A DNA stretch of 24,000 bases. It comes from Salirhabdus euzebyi (lineage in GTDB: Bacteria > Bacillota > Bacilli > Bacillales > Alkalibacillaceae). Positions 9,237 to 17,500 of the stretch are shown piece by piece (position 1 is the stretch's first letter; each line of letters opens with the position of its first letter). Made by a program: the position numbers and the translations under genes. The DNA is taken from contig NZ_JACHGH010000008.1 in the NCBI RefSeq assembly GCF_014207435.1, positions 17,667 through 41,666 on the forward strand. Reading direction: 5' to 3'. The notes under the pieces were generated by a model. It saw only the letters and a list, made by a program, of their open reading frames with translations, was not told the origin of the DNA and searched no databases.

Positions 9237-9638
9237 TTATGCATCATTTGATTTTGGTTCGTCTTCTTTATGCTCCATTTGTACACCAACTACATGAACA
9301 TTAATTTCCTCAATTTCTAAGGCCGTCATATTCTTTAAAGCTTGGCGAATATTATCTTGAATTTTTTGAGCTACAGTTGGAATCGAAACACCGTAGTTTA
9401 AAACAGAAAAGATATCAATCTTAATACCTTTATCGGATAATTCTACTTTAACACCTTTACCATGGTTCTTTTTACCGAAACGCTCGGTCATACTGGATGC
9501 AAAATTACCACGCATTTGTGCAACTCCAGCAACTTCGTTAGCAGCAATACCTGCAATCACTTCAATAACTTCTGGTGCAATTTCCACACTTCCTAAAGAT
9601 GTGTCAGTACTAACATTAAGTAAGTTATGTTCAGCCAT
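9237..9638 (-). CDS. yqhY: Asp23/Gls24-family envelope stress protein (YqhY-like)
   Basis: ORF ...LGSVEIAPEVIEVIAGIAANEVAGVAQM..., the Asp23 family signature. The track starts at GTG 9647. I prefer ATG 9638 (MAEHNLL), which has AAAGGAG 8 nt upstream. Confidence 0.9.
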   Translation of the reverse strand: MAEHNLLNVSTDTSLGSVEIAPEVIEVIAGIAANEVAGVAQMRGNFASSMTERFGKKNHGKGVKVELSDKGIKIDIFSVLNYGVSIPTVAQKIQDNIRQALKNMTALEIEEINVHVVGVQMEHKEDEPKSNDA

Positions 9639-9715
9639 TGACGTCACTCCTTTTTCGCAAGATGTCGAGCTCCAGCACCTAGCATTTTAGATATAAAAGG
9701 TGCTTTGCCCTTTTC

Positions 9716-11071
9716 TTACTCATTTTCCATTATATTATACTTTTCAAGGAATTTTGTATTAAAATTTCCTTCCTTAAAAACAGGATGCTTCATCATCCGT
9801 TGATGAAATGGAACAGTTGTTTTAATTCCCTCAATTACAAATTCATCCAAAGCTCTATGCATTCGGTCAATTGCTTCTTCACGAGTTTTTCCGTAAGTAA
9901 TTAATTTTGCAATCATCGAATCATAATACGGAGGTATTTTCCATCCAGAATAAGCAGCGGAGTCAACACGCACCCCTAATCCTCCTGGTGGTAAATACAT
10001 TGTTACTTCCCCAGGTGATGGCATAAAATTCTTGCTTGGGTCCTCTGCATTAATTCTACACTCAATGGACCAACCATTAAAAGTAACATCATCTTGTGTA
10101 AAAGAAAGCTTTTCACCATTGGCAACAGTAATTTGTTCTTTAATTAAATCTATCCCTGTTACCATCTCTGTTACGGGATGCTCCACCTGAATACGAGTAT
10201 TCATCTCCATAAAGTAAAATTCATTTGTATTATGATCAAATATAAATTCAATAGTTCCAGCACCGTGATAATCAACTGCCTCTGCTGCTCGCACAGCAGC
10301 TTGACCCATTTTCTCTCTTATTTCAGGTGTAATAGCTGGAGAAGGTGTTTCTTCTATCAATTTTTGTAAACGACGTTGTACTGTACAATCGCGTTCACCT
10401 AAGTGGACAGTATTGCCGTGTTGGTCGGCAATTACTTGAATTTCTACATGTCGGAAATCTTCAATGTATTTTTCTAAATAAACACCAGGATTCCCAAATG
10501 CTGTTTCTGCTTCATTTTGTGTTACACGAATGCCTTTTATTAGCTCTTCTTTTGTTCTTGCAACACGTATTCCTTTTCCGCCTCCACCTGCAGTCGCTTT
10601 AATGATGACGGGGTAGCCAATTTCATCTGCAATTTTTATTCCTTCATCAACGTTTTCGATAATCCCATCCGAACCAGGAACAATCGGAACACCAGCACTT
10701 TTCATTGTTTCTCTCGCTACATCTTTCGTACCCATTTTCTGAATAGAATAAGCACTTGGACCAACAAAGATAACATTACATTCTTTACAAATTTCTGCAA
10801 AGTCAGCGTTCTCTGCTAAAAATCCATAGCCTGGATGGATAGCATCTGCTTCTGTTAAAGTAGCAAGACTCATTATATTTGTTACATTCAAATAGCTTTC
10901 CTTACTCGTAACTGGTCCAATACAGTATGCTTCGTCTGCAAGTTTTACATGTAGTGCTTCTTTATCAGCAGTTGAGTATACAGCAATAGTTTGAATACCC
11001 ATCTCTTTACAAGCACGTATAATTCGAACAGCTATTTCTCCTCTGTTTGCAACTAATAATCTTTTAATCAA
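9716..11071 (-). CDS. accC: Acetyl-CoA carboxylase, biotin carboxylase subunit
   Basis: ATP-grasp ORF IKRLLVANRGEIAVRIIRACKEMGI...EMNTRIQVEHPVTE. The track TTG at 11080 leaves no spacing after AAGGGG. The TTG at 11071 (MIKRLL...) has 9-nt spacing and matches the canonical AccC N-terminus. Confidence 0.95.
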   Translation of the reverse strand: MIKRLLVANRGEIAVRIIRACKEMGIQTIAVYSTADKEALHVKLADEAYCIGPVTSKESYLNVTNIMSLATLTEADAIHPGYGFLAENADFAEICKECNVIFVGPSAYSIQKMGTKDVARETMKSAGVPIVPGSDGIIENVDEGIKIADEIGYPVIIKATAGGGGKGIRVARTKEELIKGIRVTQNEAETAFGNPGVYLEKYIEDFRHVEIQVIADQHGNTVHLGERDCTVQRRLQKLIEETPSPAITPEIREKMGQAAVRAAEAVDYHGAGTIEFIFDHNTNEFYFMEMNTRIQVEHPVTEMVTGIDLIKEQITVANGEKLSFTQDDVTFNGWSIECRINAEDPSKNFMPSPGEVTMYLPPGGLGVRVDSAAYSGWKIPPYYDSMIAKLITYGKTREEAIDRMHRALDEFVIEGIKTTVPFHQRMMKHPVFKEGNFNTKFLEKYNIMENE

Positions 11072-11084
11072 AGAAGTCAACCCC

Positions 11085-11588
11085 TTATTTGCTCTTCACT
11101 CTAAACAATGGCTGGCCGTATTCGACTAGTTCACCATCTTCTACGAGTACTTCCACAATTTCACCATTTACTTCCGCTTCAATTTCATTAAATAGCTTCA
11201 TTGCTTCTACAATACAAACAACTGAATCATTTTTCACCTTGTCTCCAACTTGCACATACGGATCACTGTCTGGCGATGGCGCTCTATAAAAAGTTCCAAC
11301 CATAGGTGATGTGACTTCCTGATCATAGTTAGGCGCCTGTTCTTTAACTTCCGCTACAGGTGCAGCTTGTTCTACTTGTGGCTTATCATTTGTTTGTGCT
11401 GTAGATGTTTCCATTCTTTGTGGTTGAATAACAGGTTCAGAAACAACAACTTGCTCTTTTACTGGAGCTGCTGCTTCCACAGTTCTTTTCTTCAGTTTTA
11501 CCTTTGTTCCGTTAGATTCATACTTAAACTCATCGATAGATGATTCATCAATTAACTTAATGAGCTCTCGGATTTCTTGTACTTTCAT
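11085..11588 (-). CDS. accB: Acetyl-CoA carboxylase, biotin carboxyl carrier protein
   Basis: The C-terminal biotinyl domain has [14 protein letters not shown] (biotinyl-Lys motif EAMK), preceded by a Pro/Ala/Gln-rich linker. I prefer ATG 11588 ([14 protein letters not shown]), which has AAGGAG 8 nt upstream, over the track GTG at 11597. Confidence 0.94.
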   Translation of the reverse strand: MKVQEIRELIKLIDESSIDEFKYESNGTKVKLKKRTVEAAAPVKEQVVVSEPVIQPQRMETSTAQTNDKPQVEQAAPVAEVKEQAPNYDQEVTSPMVGTFYRAPSPDSDPYVQVGDKVKNDSVVCIVEAMKLFNEIEAEVNGEIVEVLVEDGELVEYGQPLFRVKSK

Positions 11589-11780
11589 TTCCGGCACTCC
11601 TTCATTTTTTATAATTTAATATTAGGTACTAATAACTCCTCTTAACATTTTATTATAAGTTAGTATAAAACTTCAACTCGAAAAGAGAACGTTTCCTTAA
11701 TTATTTCCATTAGTAACGGTTAATTCCCTTTAAAAAAATTTATAAAGGCAGTTTACTCAAGATTTTTATTTTACATAATA

Positions 11781-12217
11781 GATGGAAACTGCGACACAAT
11801 TAAGACAAAAAAAAGCGACCATTCTATACATGTTGAGAGATAATCCGACGCCGCGGAAACATACTCGCTTTCCATGGGCAAGGCTTCAGTCTCCTCGCGG
11901 GAAAACGCCGCTGCGGGGCCTTCAGACTCTTGCTCTCCCATTGGAGTCTTGCATGTTTCCGCTGCTTTGTTTAGTGGTCTTTACGTGCGAGAAGAAATCC
12001 CAAAACAAAAGCCTGGTGTTTTCACTACTCATAATTAAAAACATTTAACCTTAGCGGAGGCAGAATACGCAGACTCCTATGGGAAGTGTGAGCTATGTGA
12101 GACCCCGCAGACGAAGTCGAGGAGGCTCACGGGGAACCCATGGAAAGCGAAGTATTCTGCAGCAGCGACCTGCTACCACATGCTTCAAGCTATATTAGTT
12201 ACGTCGCATTATCCATC
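11781..12217. repeat. Composite GC-rich palindromic repeat element B (two inverted units around an AT-rich spacer, 24-nt imperfect terminal inverted repeats); same family as element A
   Basis: Unit B1 is about 11850-11965 (closing stem 11853-11862 gcggaaacat / 11953-11962 atgtttccgc). Unit B2 is about 12049-12170 in the opposite orientation (closing stem 12060-12068 gcagaatac / 12152-12160 gtattctgc). An AT-rich spacer of about 85 nt lies at 11966-12048. The termini 11781-11804 (gatggaaactgcgacacaattaag) and 12194-12217 (rc gatggataatgcgacgtaactaat) match at 18 of 24 positions. Confidence 0.8.
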
Positions 12218-12261
12218 AACTATGAACTAGTGAAAAAATCGCCATCTATTGAAAGAATAAA

Positions 12262-12298
12262 GAAAAACAAAAAACCTTGCCGCAATTGACGACAAGGG
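12262..12298 (-). terminator. Rho-independent terminator of the spoIIIA operon
   Basis: On the minus-strand RNA, CCUUGUCG (12297-12290) pairs with CGGCAAGG (12282-12275). This is 8 bp including one G.U, with a 7-nt loop, followed by UUUUUUGUUUUU. It lies 14 nt after the spoIIIAH stop. Confidence 0.8.
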
Positions 12299-12311
12299 AT
12301 CAGGTTAAATA

Positions 12312-12899
12312 TTATTCACTTGGTTGAAACTTTACATTAGCAGGAATGTCACCAAATTCATCTCTTACCATTTGCATAATATGAACTGTATCTGTTTCAC
12401 TAACTTCAGATGCTTTAACAGTGACATGAATCATGTCGTCTTCAGCACGTACGAGAACATCTTCATAATTTTTTTCTGTTTGAATTACTTTTTCTAAAAT
12501 TGCTTCTTTTGTTTTTAGTTCCTCTAATCTAGCCATTTCTTCCATTGCTTGATTCTTTTCTTCAGAAGAAACACTGCTAGATGCAACAATATCTTCTAAT
12601 TGTTCTTTCTTACGGCTTCTTTCATCTTGGATGTCCATTCGGATAGCTGTAAATACTTGATCAGATGATATACCAGAACTTACATTGCCATTCTCATCCG
12701 TTTCTACTCCGTCCGTAGCCCCTTCATTTACATTTGTTTCAATTGTATCTCCTGTATCCATCTCTTCTGACTCATCGTTATTTTGGTCATCAATGAATGC
12801 TACTTGCTCACCACCTGGGGAAGTCATATAATACACACTCAAGACAATTAGTAGACTCAACATTGTAAGTAGCCACACTGTTTGTTTTTTTAACATCAT
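12312..12899 (-). CDS. spoIIIAH: Stage III sporulation protein AH
   Basis: MMLKKQTVWLLTMLSLLIVLSVYY matches the SpoIIIAH N-terminal TM anchor, and there is an acidic linker and a C-terminal YscJ/FliF-like domain. The track start (12959) overlaps spoIIIAG. ATG 12899 has GAGGAGGAG 9 nt upstream and lies 20 nt after the spoIIIAG stop. Confidence 0.9.
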   Translation of the reverse strand: MMLKKQTVWLLTMLSLLIVLSVYYMTSPGGEQVAFIDDQNNDESEEMDTGDTIETNVNEGATDGVETDENGNVSSGISSDQVFTAIRMDIQDERSRKKEQLEDIVASSSVSSEEKNQAMEEMARLEELKTKEAILEKVIQTEKNYEDVLVRAEDDMIHVTVKASEVSETDTVHIMQMVRDEFGDIPANVKFQPSE

Positions 12900-12918
12900 A
12901 TTCTCATTCTCCTCCTCA

Positions 12919-13542
12919 TTACGATTTAGGGTTTGCTGTAACTCTATGGGTAGGTACATCTAGAACTGTTGAAACGGCCTCAACGACCATTTTCTTTACT
13001 TCTATGTTTTGCAAGCCTGATGCCACCACCATAACGCCACGTACATCTGGTTTTTTAACCTGTATTAAAAGTGGCGATTCCTCATTATTTCTTCGAATGA
13101 TCACACTTTGTTCATCCTTGGTAAGTTCTTCAATCGTTCTTTCTCCACCATTTGTATCTGTCTCTTGCGTTGTTTGTTGACTTTCGACTGTATTTGTTGC
13201 ATATATTTTCAGATTCGTCGCGTCTAAGTTGATCATAATATCAACGTTAGAAACGCCATCCAAGCTTTCAAGAATAGCTTTTAGTTCTCTTTCAAACTTA
13301 CTTTCCATTTCTGAAATGATAGCGGTCTTATCGTCCTCTGTTAATAGGGGTTCATTTTGTTTTTGCTCCATACTATTGTTTCCCTCATTTAGATAAGGGT
13401 TCGCACTATCTTCTTCTTGGAACATACTACTTAGTAGAACAAGTAATAACCCTATTAAGCCTAAGATAATAATGTATGAGAATTTTGTAGGCTTTCCGTT
13501 CTCATCCCTTTTGATTTTAAAAAGTGACCATATGTTTTTCAC
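12919..13542 (-). CDS. spoIIIAG: Stage III sporulation protein AG
   Basis: 207-aa ORF with an N-terminal TM segment (YIIILGLIGLLLVLL) and a C-terminal ring-forming domain (VRGVMVVASG...VVEAVSTVLDVPTHRV). The GTG start overlaps the spoIIIAF TGA (GTGA), with GGAGGGGGG upstream. Confidence 0.9.
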   Translation of the reverse strand: MKNIWSLFKIKRDENGKPTKFSYIIILGLIGLLLVLLSSMFQEEDSANPYLNEGNNSMEQKQNEPLLTEDDKTAIISEMESKFERELKAILESLDGVSNVDIMINLDATNLKIYATNTVESQQTTQETDTNGGERTIEELTKDEQSVIIRRNNEESPLLIQVKKPDVRGVMVVASGLQNIEVKKMVVEAVSTVLDVPTHRVTANPKS

Positions 13543-14147
13543 GTGTTATCGCCCCCCTCCCATTCAAGATGTATTTGTTCTTCAGATATCTCCCAGAGGG
13601 AGGATAAATCGTGTTTAATATCATCGATTGGTAATTCTTCTGCAGGCTTTTCCTGATTAAAATCAATGACCACATCCTCTACTTCAGCACCCCTTGGATC
13701 ATCAGCATTTTTTAGGAATACATGTAGACCTTCCATGTCCTCCCAATTCACTTCCTCGCTATCATTTGGAAAGGTAAAAGTTATGTCTTGAATTGTTACT
13801 CCATAGTCGTTTATCAACTCCCCCTCAGCTTGTTTTTTTAGTTGGACAGCCATCTGATTTAATATATATGCACGTTGAGAGGCTTGTATTTCTATTTTTT
13901 CTTTTTCTATACTATTTTTTATTTCTTCAGATTGAGCTTCGTTATATGCAAGTCCATTTTGAAAGATTTGAGAGGCATCTGCCTTAAATAATTGAAATAA
14001 TGGTTGAAGGAAAATGAGTACTAAAATTAAACCAACTGCAAACTTGACATACTTTTGCATTGTAGATTGTGGAAGTAAAAGATCTACAATCATGGCAATC
14101 AGCAAAAATATAATAATTTCTGTTACCCATTGTTGGATAAAGTCCAA
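13539..14147 (-). CDS. spoIIIAF: Stage III sporulation protein AF
   Basis: The N-terminus MDFIQQWVTEIIIFLLIAMIVDLLLPQSTMQKYVKF resembles B. subtilis SpoIIIAF. TTG start 11 nt after an AGGAGG that overlaps the spoIIIAE stop. Confidence 0.9.
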   Translation of the reverse strand: MDFIQQWVTEIIIFLLIAMIVDLLLPQSTMQKYVKFAVGLILVLIFLQPLFQLFKADASQIFQNGLAYNEAQSEEIKNSIEKEKIEIQASQRAYILNQMAVQLKKQAEGELINDYGVTIQDITFTFPNDSEEVNWEDMEGLHVFLKNADDPRGAEVEDVVIDFNQEKPAEELPIDDIKHDLSSLWEISEEQIHLEWEGGDNT

Positions 14148-14162
14148 TTTCCATCAAACCTC

Positions 14163-15338
14163 CTAACGTACCATTAAGGTTAAATTACTAGCTGCAACAA
14201 GAATAACAATCGCGAAAAAGAACATCATTGTCACCACAAGTAAAGCTGCAAATATATAGAAAATGTGTTTACTAATTAAATCTAGTGTTGTAATTACTGG
14301 TCCTCCACCTACTGGTTGTAAAATAGCAGCTGCAAGTTTATATATGATACCAATTACCAAAACTTTTATAGCTGGAAATAGTGCAATGGCAAGCACCGTA
14401 ACTACTCCTACTAATCCAATCGTATTCTTCAAAAGCATGGATGCGGACATAACAGTACCTGCTGCATCTGTAAACATCCTTCCAATGACAGGAATAAAAT
14501 TCCCTGTAACAAACTTTGCGGTTTTTAACGCAATACCATCTTGAATTGCAGTGGCTGCACCCTGAACAGAAATAACTCCTAAGAAAATTGTAAGAAAAAC
14601 ACCCATAATAGTTAGTGCAGCATTTCTTAATAGATTAGCTAGCTGAGTAGCTTTGTAATGCTCGTTAAGGGAACTTACAATGTGTAGTAATGCCGATAAG
14701 AATAGTAATGGCAAAATAACCTTAGAAATGAGCACTCCACTCGTATGAATTAAAAACAGGATAATAGGATGAAAAAATGCTAGTGAAGTGATACTTCCAA
14801 CTGAAGCCATAATAGCTAAGATTAATGGTATTAGGGCATTCATAAAATGAGACATCGCTTCTATTGCATCGGTTGTATAGGAAGCAGCTAAACGGAAACT
14901 ATTTAGTGCTAATGTAATAAGAACTAAGTAAATAACAGCATAAGCAACTTTGTTCACTGCTTTGGATTCAAATGCATTTTGCATAGTCTGCAATACGACG
15001 GAAAATAACGTTAGTAATATAAGAGACCCAAGTAATTTTCCATTTAAAAAGAGTTCATGAAACAAGTATTTGACTAATCCCTGGATCCAGTTCTGAATAG
15101 AGAGAGGTGCATCATCCTTTACAAAGTCTGTTAAATCTTTATTAGTCATCTCGGGAAGAAACTCCCCATACTGGTGTGTTACGGAACCCCAAGCATCCCC
15201 TATTTTCGAAAAGGACTTGTCCTGTATTTGATCATTAACCCACATGTCAGGATTAGGCTCGGCATGGACAGTTGGGATAATGACAATGAGAATAAACAGG
15301 AGAGTCGTTATGATTTTATATTTAACTGGTACCCTCAC
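14163..15338 (-). CDS. spoIIIAE: Stage III sporulation protein AE (polytopic membrane protein)
   Basis: 391-aa ORF with a signal-like N-terminus and multiple TM segments, in the conserved operon position. GTG start with AAGGAG 10 nt upstream. Confidence 0.92.
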   Translation of the reverse strand: MRVPVKYKIITTLLFILIVIIPTVHAEPNPDMWVNDQIQDKSFSKIGDAWGSVTHQYGEFLPEMTNKDLTDFVKDDAPLSIQNWIQGLVKYLFHELFLNGKLLGSLILLTLFSVVLQTMQNAFESKAVNKVAYAVIYLVLITLALNSFRLAASYTTDAIEAMSHFMNALIPLILAIMASVGSITSLAFFHPIILFLIHTSGVLISKVILPLLFLSALLHIVSSLNEHYKATQLANLLRNAALTIMGVFLTIFLGVISVQGAATAIQDGIALKTAKFVTGNFIPVIGRMFTDAAGTVMSASMLLKNTIGLVGVVTVLAIALFPAIKVLVIGIIYKLAAAILQPVGGGPVITTLDLISKHIFYIFAALLVVTMMFFFAIVILVAASNLTLMVR

Positions 15339-15360
15339 AAGATTGTCTCTCCTTCCAAGT

Positions 15361-15750
15361 CTAAAGCGGAATAAAGCTAAGAATTGTTTCTACTACTGCA
15401 GTTAAAATAGGTACGGCTAGGAATAAAATAAATATTTTTCCTGCTAGTTCGATCTTGGAAGCAATGGAATTAAGTCCGGCATCTCTCGTAATTTGAGCAC
15501 CAAATTCAGCTATATAAGCTATCCCAATTATCTTTAAAATTGTTTCGATATACATGAAGTTTATATTGGCCTTAGAAGTTATGTAAGTTAACATCTGAAA
15601 GATATCGGAAAGATACTGAATTAAAATGATAAAAATAACAATTCCAGTAAAAATAGCAATAAAAAAGGCAATACCAGAATTTTGATCTTTAACAATAATG
15701 GATAAAATGCCGGCTAGTACACCGAAGGAGACTATTTGAAAAATCTCCAT
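15361..15750 (-). CDS. spoIIIAD: Stage III sporulation protein AD
   Basis: 129-aa 4-TM ORF MEIFQIVSFGVLAGILSIIVKDQN..., similar to SpoIIIAD. AGGAGGA upstream, lying within the 3' end of spoIIIAC. Confidence 0.92.
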   Translation of the reverse strand: MEIFQIVSFGVLAGILSIIVKDQNSGIAFFIAIFTGIVIFIILIQYLSDIFQMLTYITSKANINFMYIETILKIIGIAYIAEFGAQITRDAGLNSIASKIELAGKIFILFLAVPILTAVVETILSFIPL

Positions 15751-15754
15751 AGGC

Positions 15755-15979
15755 TTAAAGTCCTCCTAAAAAGATAAGTTGAAAAAGGAATACAGATTTT
15801 ATTTGTTGAAAGAGATCTGCTAGATTTTCTACGACTACAATTAAAACAATGATAAACCCGATTAATGTAGCCCAGTGTGCCATATCTTCTTTTCCCGCTT
15901 GCTTTAAAAGAGTGTGGATAATAGCAACAATTATTCCTATTCCTGCTATTTGAAACAACAAAGATACTTGACTGATCAT
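15755..15979 (-). CDS. spoIIIAC: Stage III sporulation protein AC
   Basis: 74-aa 2-TM ORF MISQVSLLFQIAGIGIIVAIIHTLLKQAGKED...IKSVFLFQ, closely resembling SpoIIIAC. It has the only in-frame start after the spoIIIAB stop. Confidence 0.9.
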   Translation of the reverse strand: MISQVSLLFQIAGIGIIVAIIHTLLKQAGKEDMAHWATLIGFIIVLIVVVENLADLFQQIKSVFLFQLIFLGGL

Positions 15980-16003
15980 AGTAGGTGCCGACTCCTTTCC
16001 CCA

Positions 16004-16516
16004 TTAAATAAAAAGAAGAATAATGAACAAACCACCTAAAACACCTAAGCTTCTTGCCATTCTCCCATACTTTCTCTTTTCTTCTTCAGCACTTTCAAGC
16101 TCCCGATCTAAATGGGATAAGGCAAGGCGTATGTGTTTTTGTTGCTGGACAAAGTCATGTTGACCCAAAGTTTGTCCAAACTGTTCCATCACTTCTTTTT
16201 CTTCTTTTTTCATCGCTGTTTTATGCCAAAAATTATCCAATGTAGATTTCCAAACTTCATAAAGGGATAATTGCTTATTTTCCAGCTCTAGGTATAGTTG
16301 ATGGAATAACAGTGCTAAGGGCTTTGGGACCTGCTTCGATAATCGAAGAAATACTTCTTGAACCGGACTATGTCCATACACAATTTCAGCTTCCATAACT
16401 TGTAATGCATTTTTAAGTTGCCTTATTTGTCTCGGACGATTTTCAAGGCGCTTTGCGATATCAAACCCGATTAATGTGGTGGCGCAAAGCAGTAGTATTG
16501 CCCCTATCCATTTCAT
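16004..16516 (-). CDS. spoIIIAB: Stage III sporulation protein AB
   Basis: 170-aa ORF MKWIGAILLLCATTLIGFDIAKRLENRPRQIRQLKNALQVMEAEIVYGH..., with the SpoIIIAB signature RPRQIRQL. AAGGGGA lies 7 nt before the ATG. Confidence 0.93.
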   Translation of the reverse strand: MKWIGAILLLCATTLIGFDIAKRLENRPRQIRQLKNALQVMEAEIVYGHSPVQEVFLRLSKQVPKPLALLFHQLYLELENKQLSLYEVWKSTLDNFWHKTAMKKEEKEVMEQFGQTLGQHDFVQQQKHIRLALSHLDRELESAEEEKRKYGRMARSLGVLGGLFIILLFI

Positions 16517-17435
16517 TGTTTATTCCCCTTGTTTGCAAAATTTGATTATGTCCACTTTCATTAGCTATCGATTGAATCGTTCCTGGTTTTGGTTGATTAG
16601 AAAATGTAATAAAACGTTTAAATGCTTTATTTTGGAATAAAGGATATAAAGATGGCCGATTGCGAATTTCCTTTATACTACTTCCGTGCACACTGCAAAT
16701 AACGGTAACACCAGCATATAGTGCCTCCAATAGTGCTTTCACATCATTTTCGCTCCCAATTTCATCCACAACTAAAATATCTGGAGACATGGAACGAATC
16801 ATCATCATCATACCCTCTGCTTTTGGACAGGCATCCATCACGTCTGTACGAATTCCCACATCATGCTGTGGTATACCGTTTTTACAGGCAGCTATTTCAG
16901 ACCTCTCATCAATAACGCCTACCTTTTTAGGTGGGAAGTGTTGATAGCCGTTACTCATAAAACGAACAATATCCCGTAAAAATGTTGTTTTTCCGCATTT
17001 AGGTGGGCCGATTAACAAGGTGTTCAGATAGTTTTGTTCAAACAAATAGGGTAGATAGGATTGACTAATATTTTTCACTTCTCTTGCAATCCGGAAATTG
17101 AAAAAAGTAAGATGTCTAATCGCTTTTACGAGTCCGTTCTCTGTATTCACTTTTCCTGAAATTCCAACACGATGTCCGCCCTCTATCGTGATATAACCTT
17201 GTCTTAGTTCATCTTCAAACCTGTATATGGAATGTTCACTTAGCTGACTTAAAATAAATTGAGCATCCGACTCTGTCGGAATCATATCTTTGATGATGCG
17301 AGAGTATGTTGAAAAAACTAATTCAACTGGTTTCATTACACGTACTCTAATTTCCTCAAGGTTGTCCCATGTAACGATTTCGTTTTGTAATTTCTCTGTC
17401 AAATCACGTGGAAAGATACGCAATACTTCGTTCAA
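16461..17435 (-). CDS. spoIIIAA: Stage III sporulation protein AA (AAA+/secretion-type ATPase)
   Basis: Walker A GPPKCGKTT, Walker B ILVVDEIG, and CPKAEGMMMMIRSMSP. The 41-codon N-terminal extension in the track has no homology. The TTG at 17435 (MNEVLRIFP...) has AAAGGAG 8 nt upstream and aligns with the B. subtilis N-terminus MNEIAEVLP. Confidence 0.9.
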   Translation of the reverse strand: MNEVLRIFPRDLTEKLQNEIVTWDNLEEIRVRVMKPVELVFSTYSRIIKDMIPTESDAQFILSQLSEHSIYRFEDELRQGYITIEGGHRVGISGKVNTENGLVKAIRHLTFFNFRIAREVKNISQSYLPYLFEQNYLNTLLIGPPKCGKTTFLRDIVRFMSNGYQHFPPKKVGVIDERSEIAACKNGIPQHDVGIRTDVMDACPKAEGMMMMIRSMSPDILVVDEIGSENDVKALLEALYAGVTVICSVHGSSIKEIRNRPSLYPLFQNKAFKRFITFSNQPKPGTIQSIANESGHNQILQTRGINNEMDRGNTTALRHHINRV

Positions 17436-17472
17436 AGATATTTCTCCTTTACCTGTTGGAATAGTTACTTTC

Positions 17473-17500
17473 AATCTATGCTTAGTAGGATAAAATATGA
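17473..17500 (-). promoter_or_regulatory. Candidate sigma-E-type promoter of the spoIIIA operon
   Basis: The minus strand reads TCATATT (17500-17494), a 13-nt spacer, then CATAGATT (17480-17473). This resembles my recollection of the mother-cell sigma-E consensus (ATATT ... CATACA-T). It lies about 40 nt upstream of the spoIIIAA TTG. spoIIIA is sigma-E dependent in B. subtilis. Confidence 0.5.

Noticed and set aside
9648-9715. Hairpin agcacc/ggtgct in the accC-asp23 spacer as a terminator
   Set aside because: The 6-bp stem has a 19-nt loop and no U-tract, so the genes are more likely co-transcribed.
11598-11780. Sigma-A promoter for accB (TTGAAG ... TATAAT on the minus strand, about 11640-11680)
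   Set aside because: The hexamers are good, but the spacer I count is only about 13 nt. I could not find a properly spaced alternative by eye, so I am not reporting it as a feature.
11782-12048. Track ORF 11782..12048 (plus, 88 aa)
   Set aside because: It starts inside the terminal inverted repeat of element B and reads through unit B1 and the spacer. The composition is Arg/Pro-rich and there is no Shine-Dalgarno. The frame is not conserved in element A.
15755-15780. Apparent C-terminal extension of SpoIIIAC (…FLFQLIFLGGL) as a frameshift sign
   Set aside because: The extra codons coincide with the AGGAGGA ribosome-binding site of spoIIIAD and end in a clean TAA 4 nt before its ATG. This is a plausible natural variant, and my memory of the B. 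subtilis C-terminus is not reliable enough to call an anomaly.
15732-16004. Track ORF 15732..16004 (minus, 90 aa) overlapping spoIIIAC
   Set aside because: It is an alternative frame of spoIIIAC and the spoIIIAD start. The sequence is rich in Arg/Ser/Cys/Asn and has no family resemblance, whereas the 74-aa frame matches SpoIIIAC closely.
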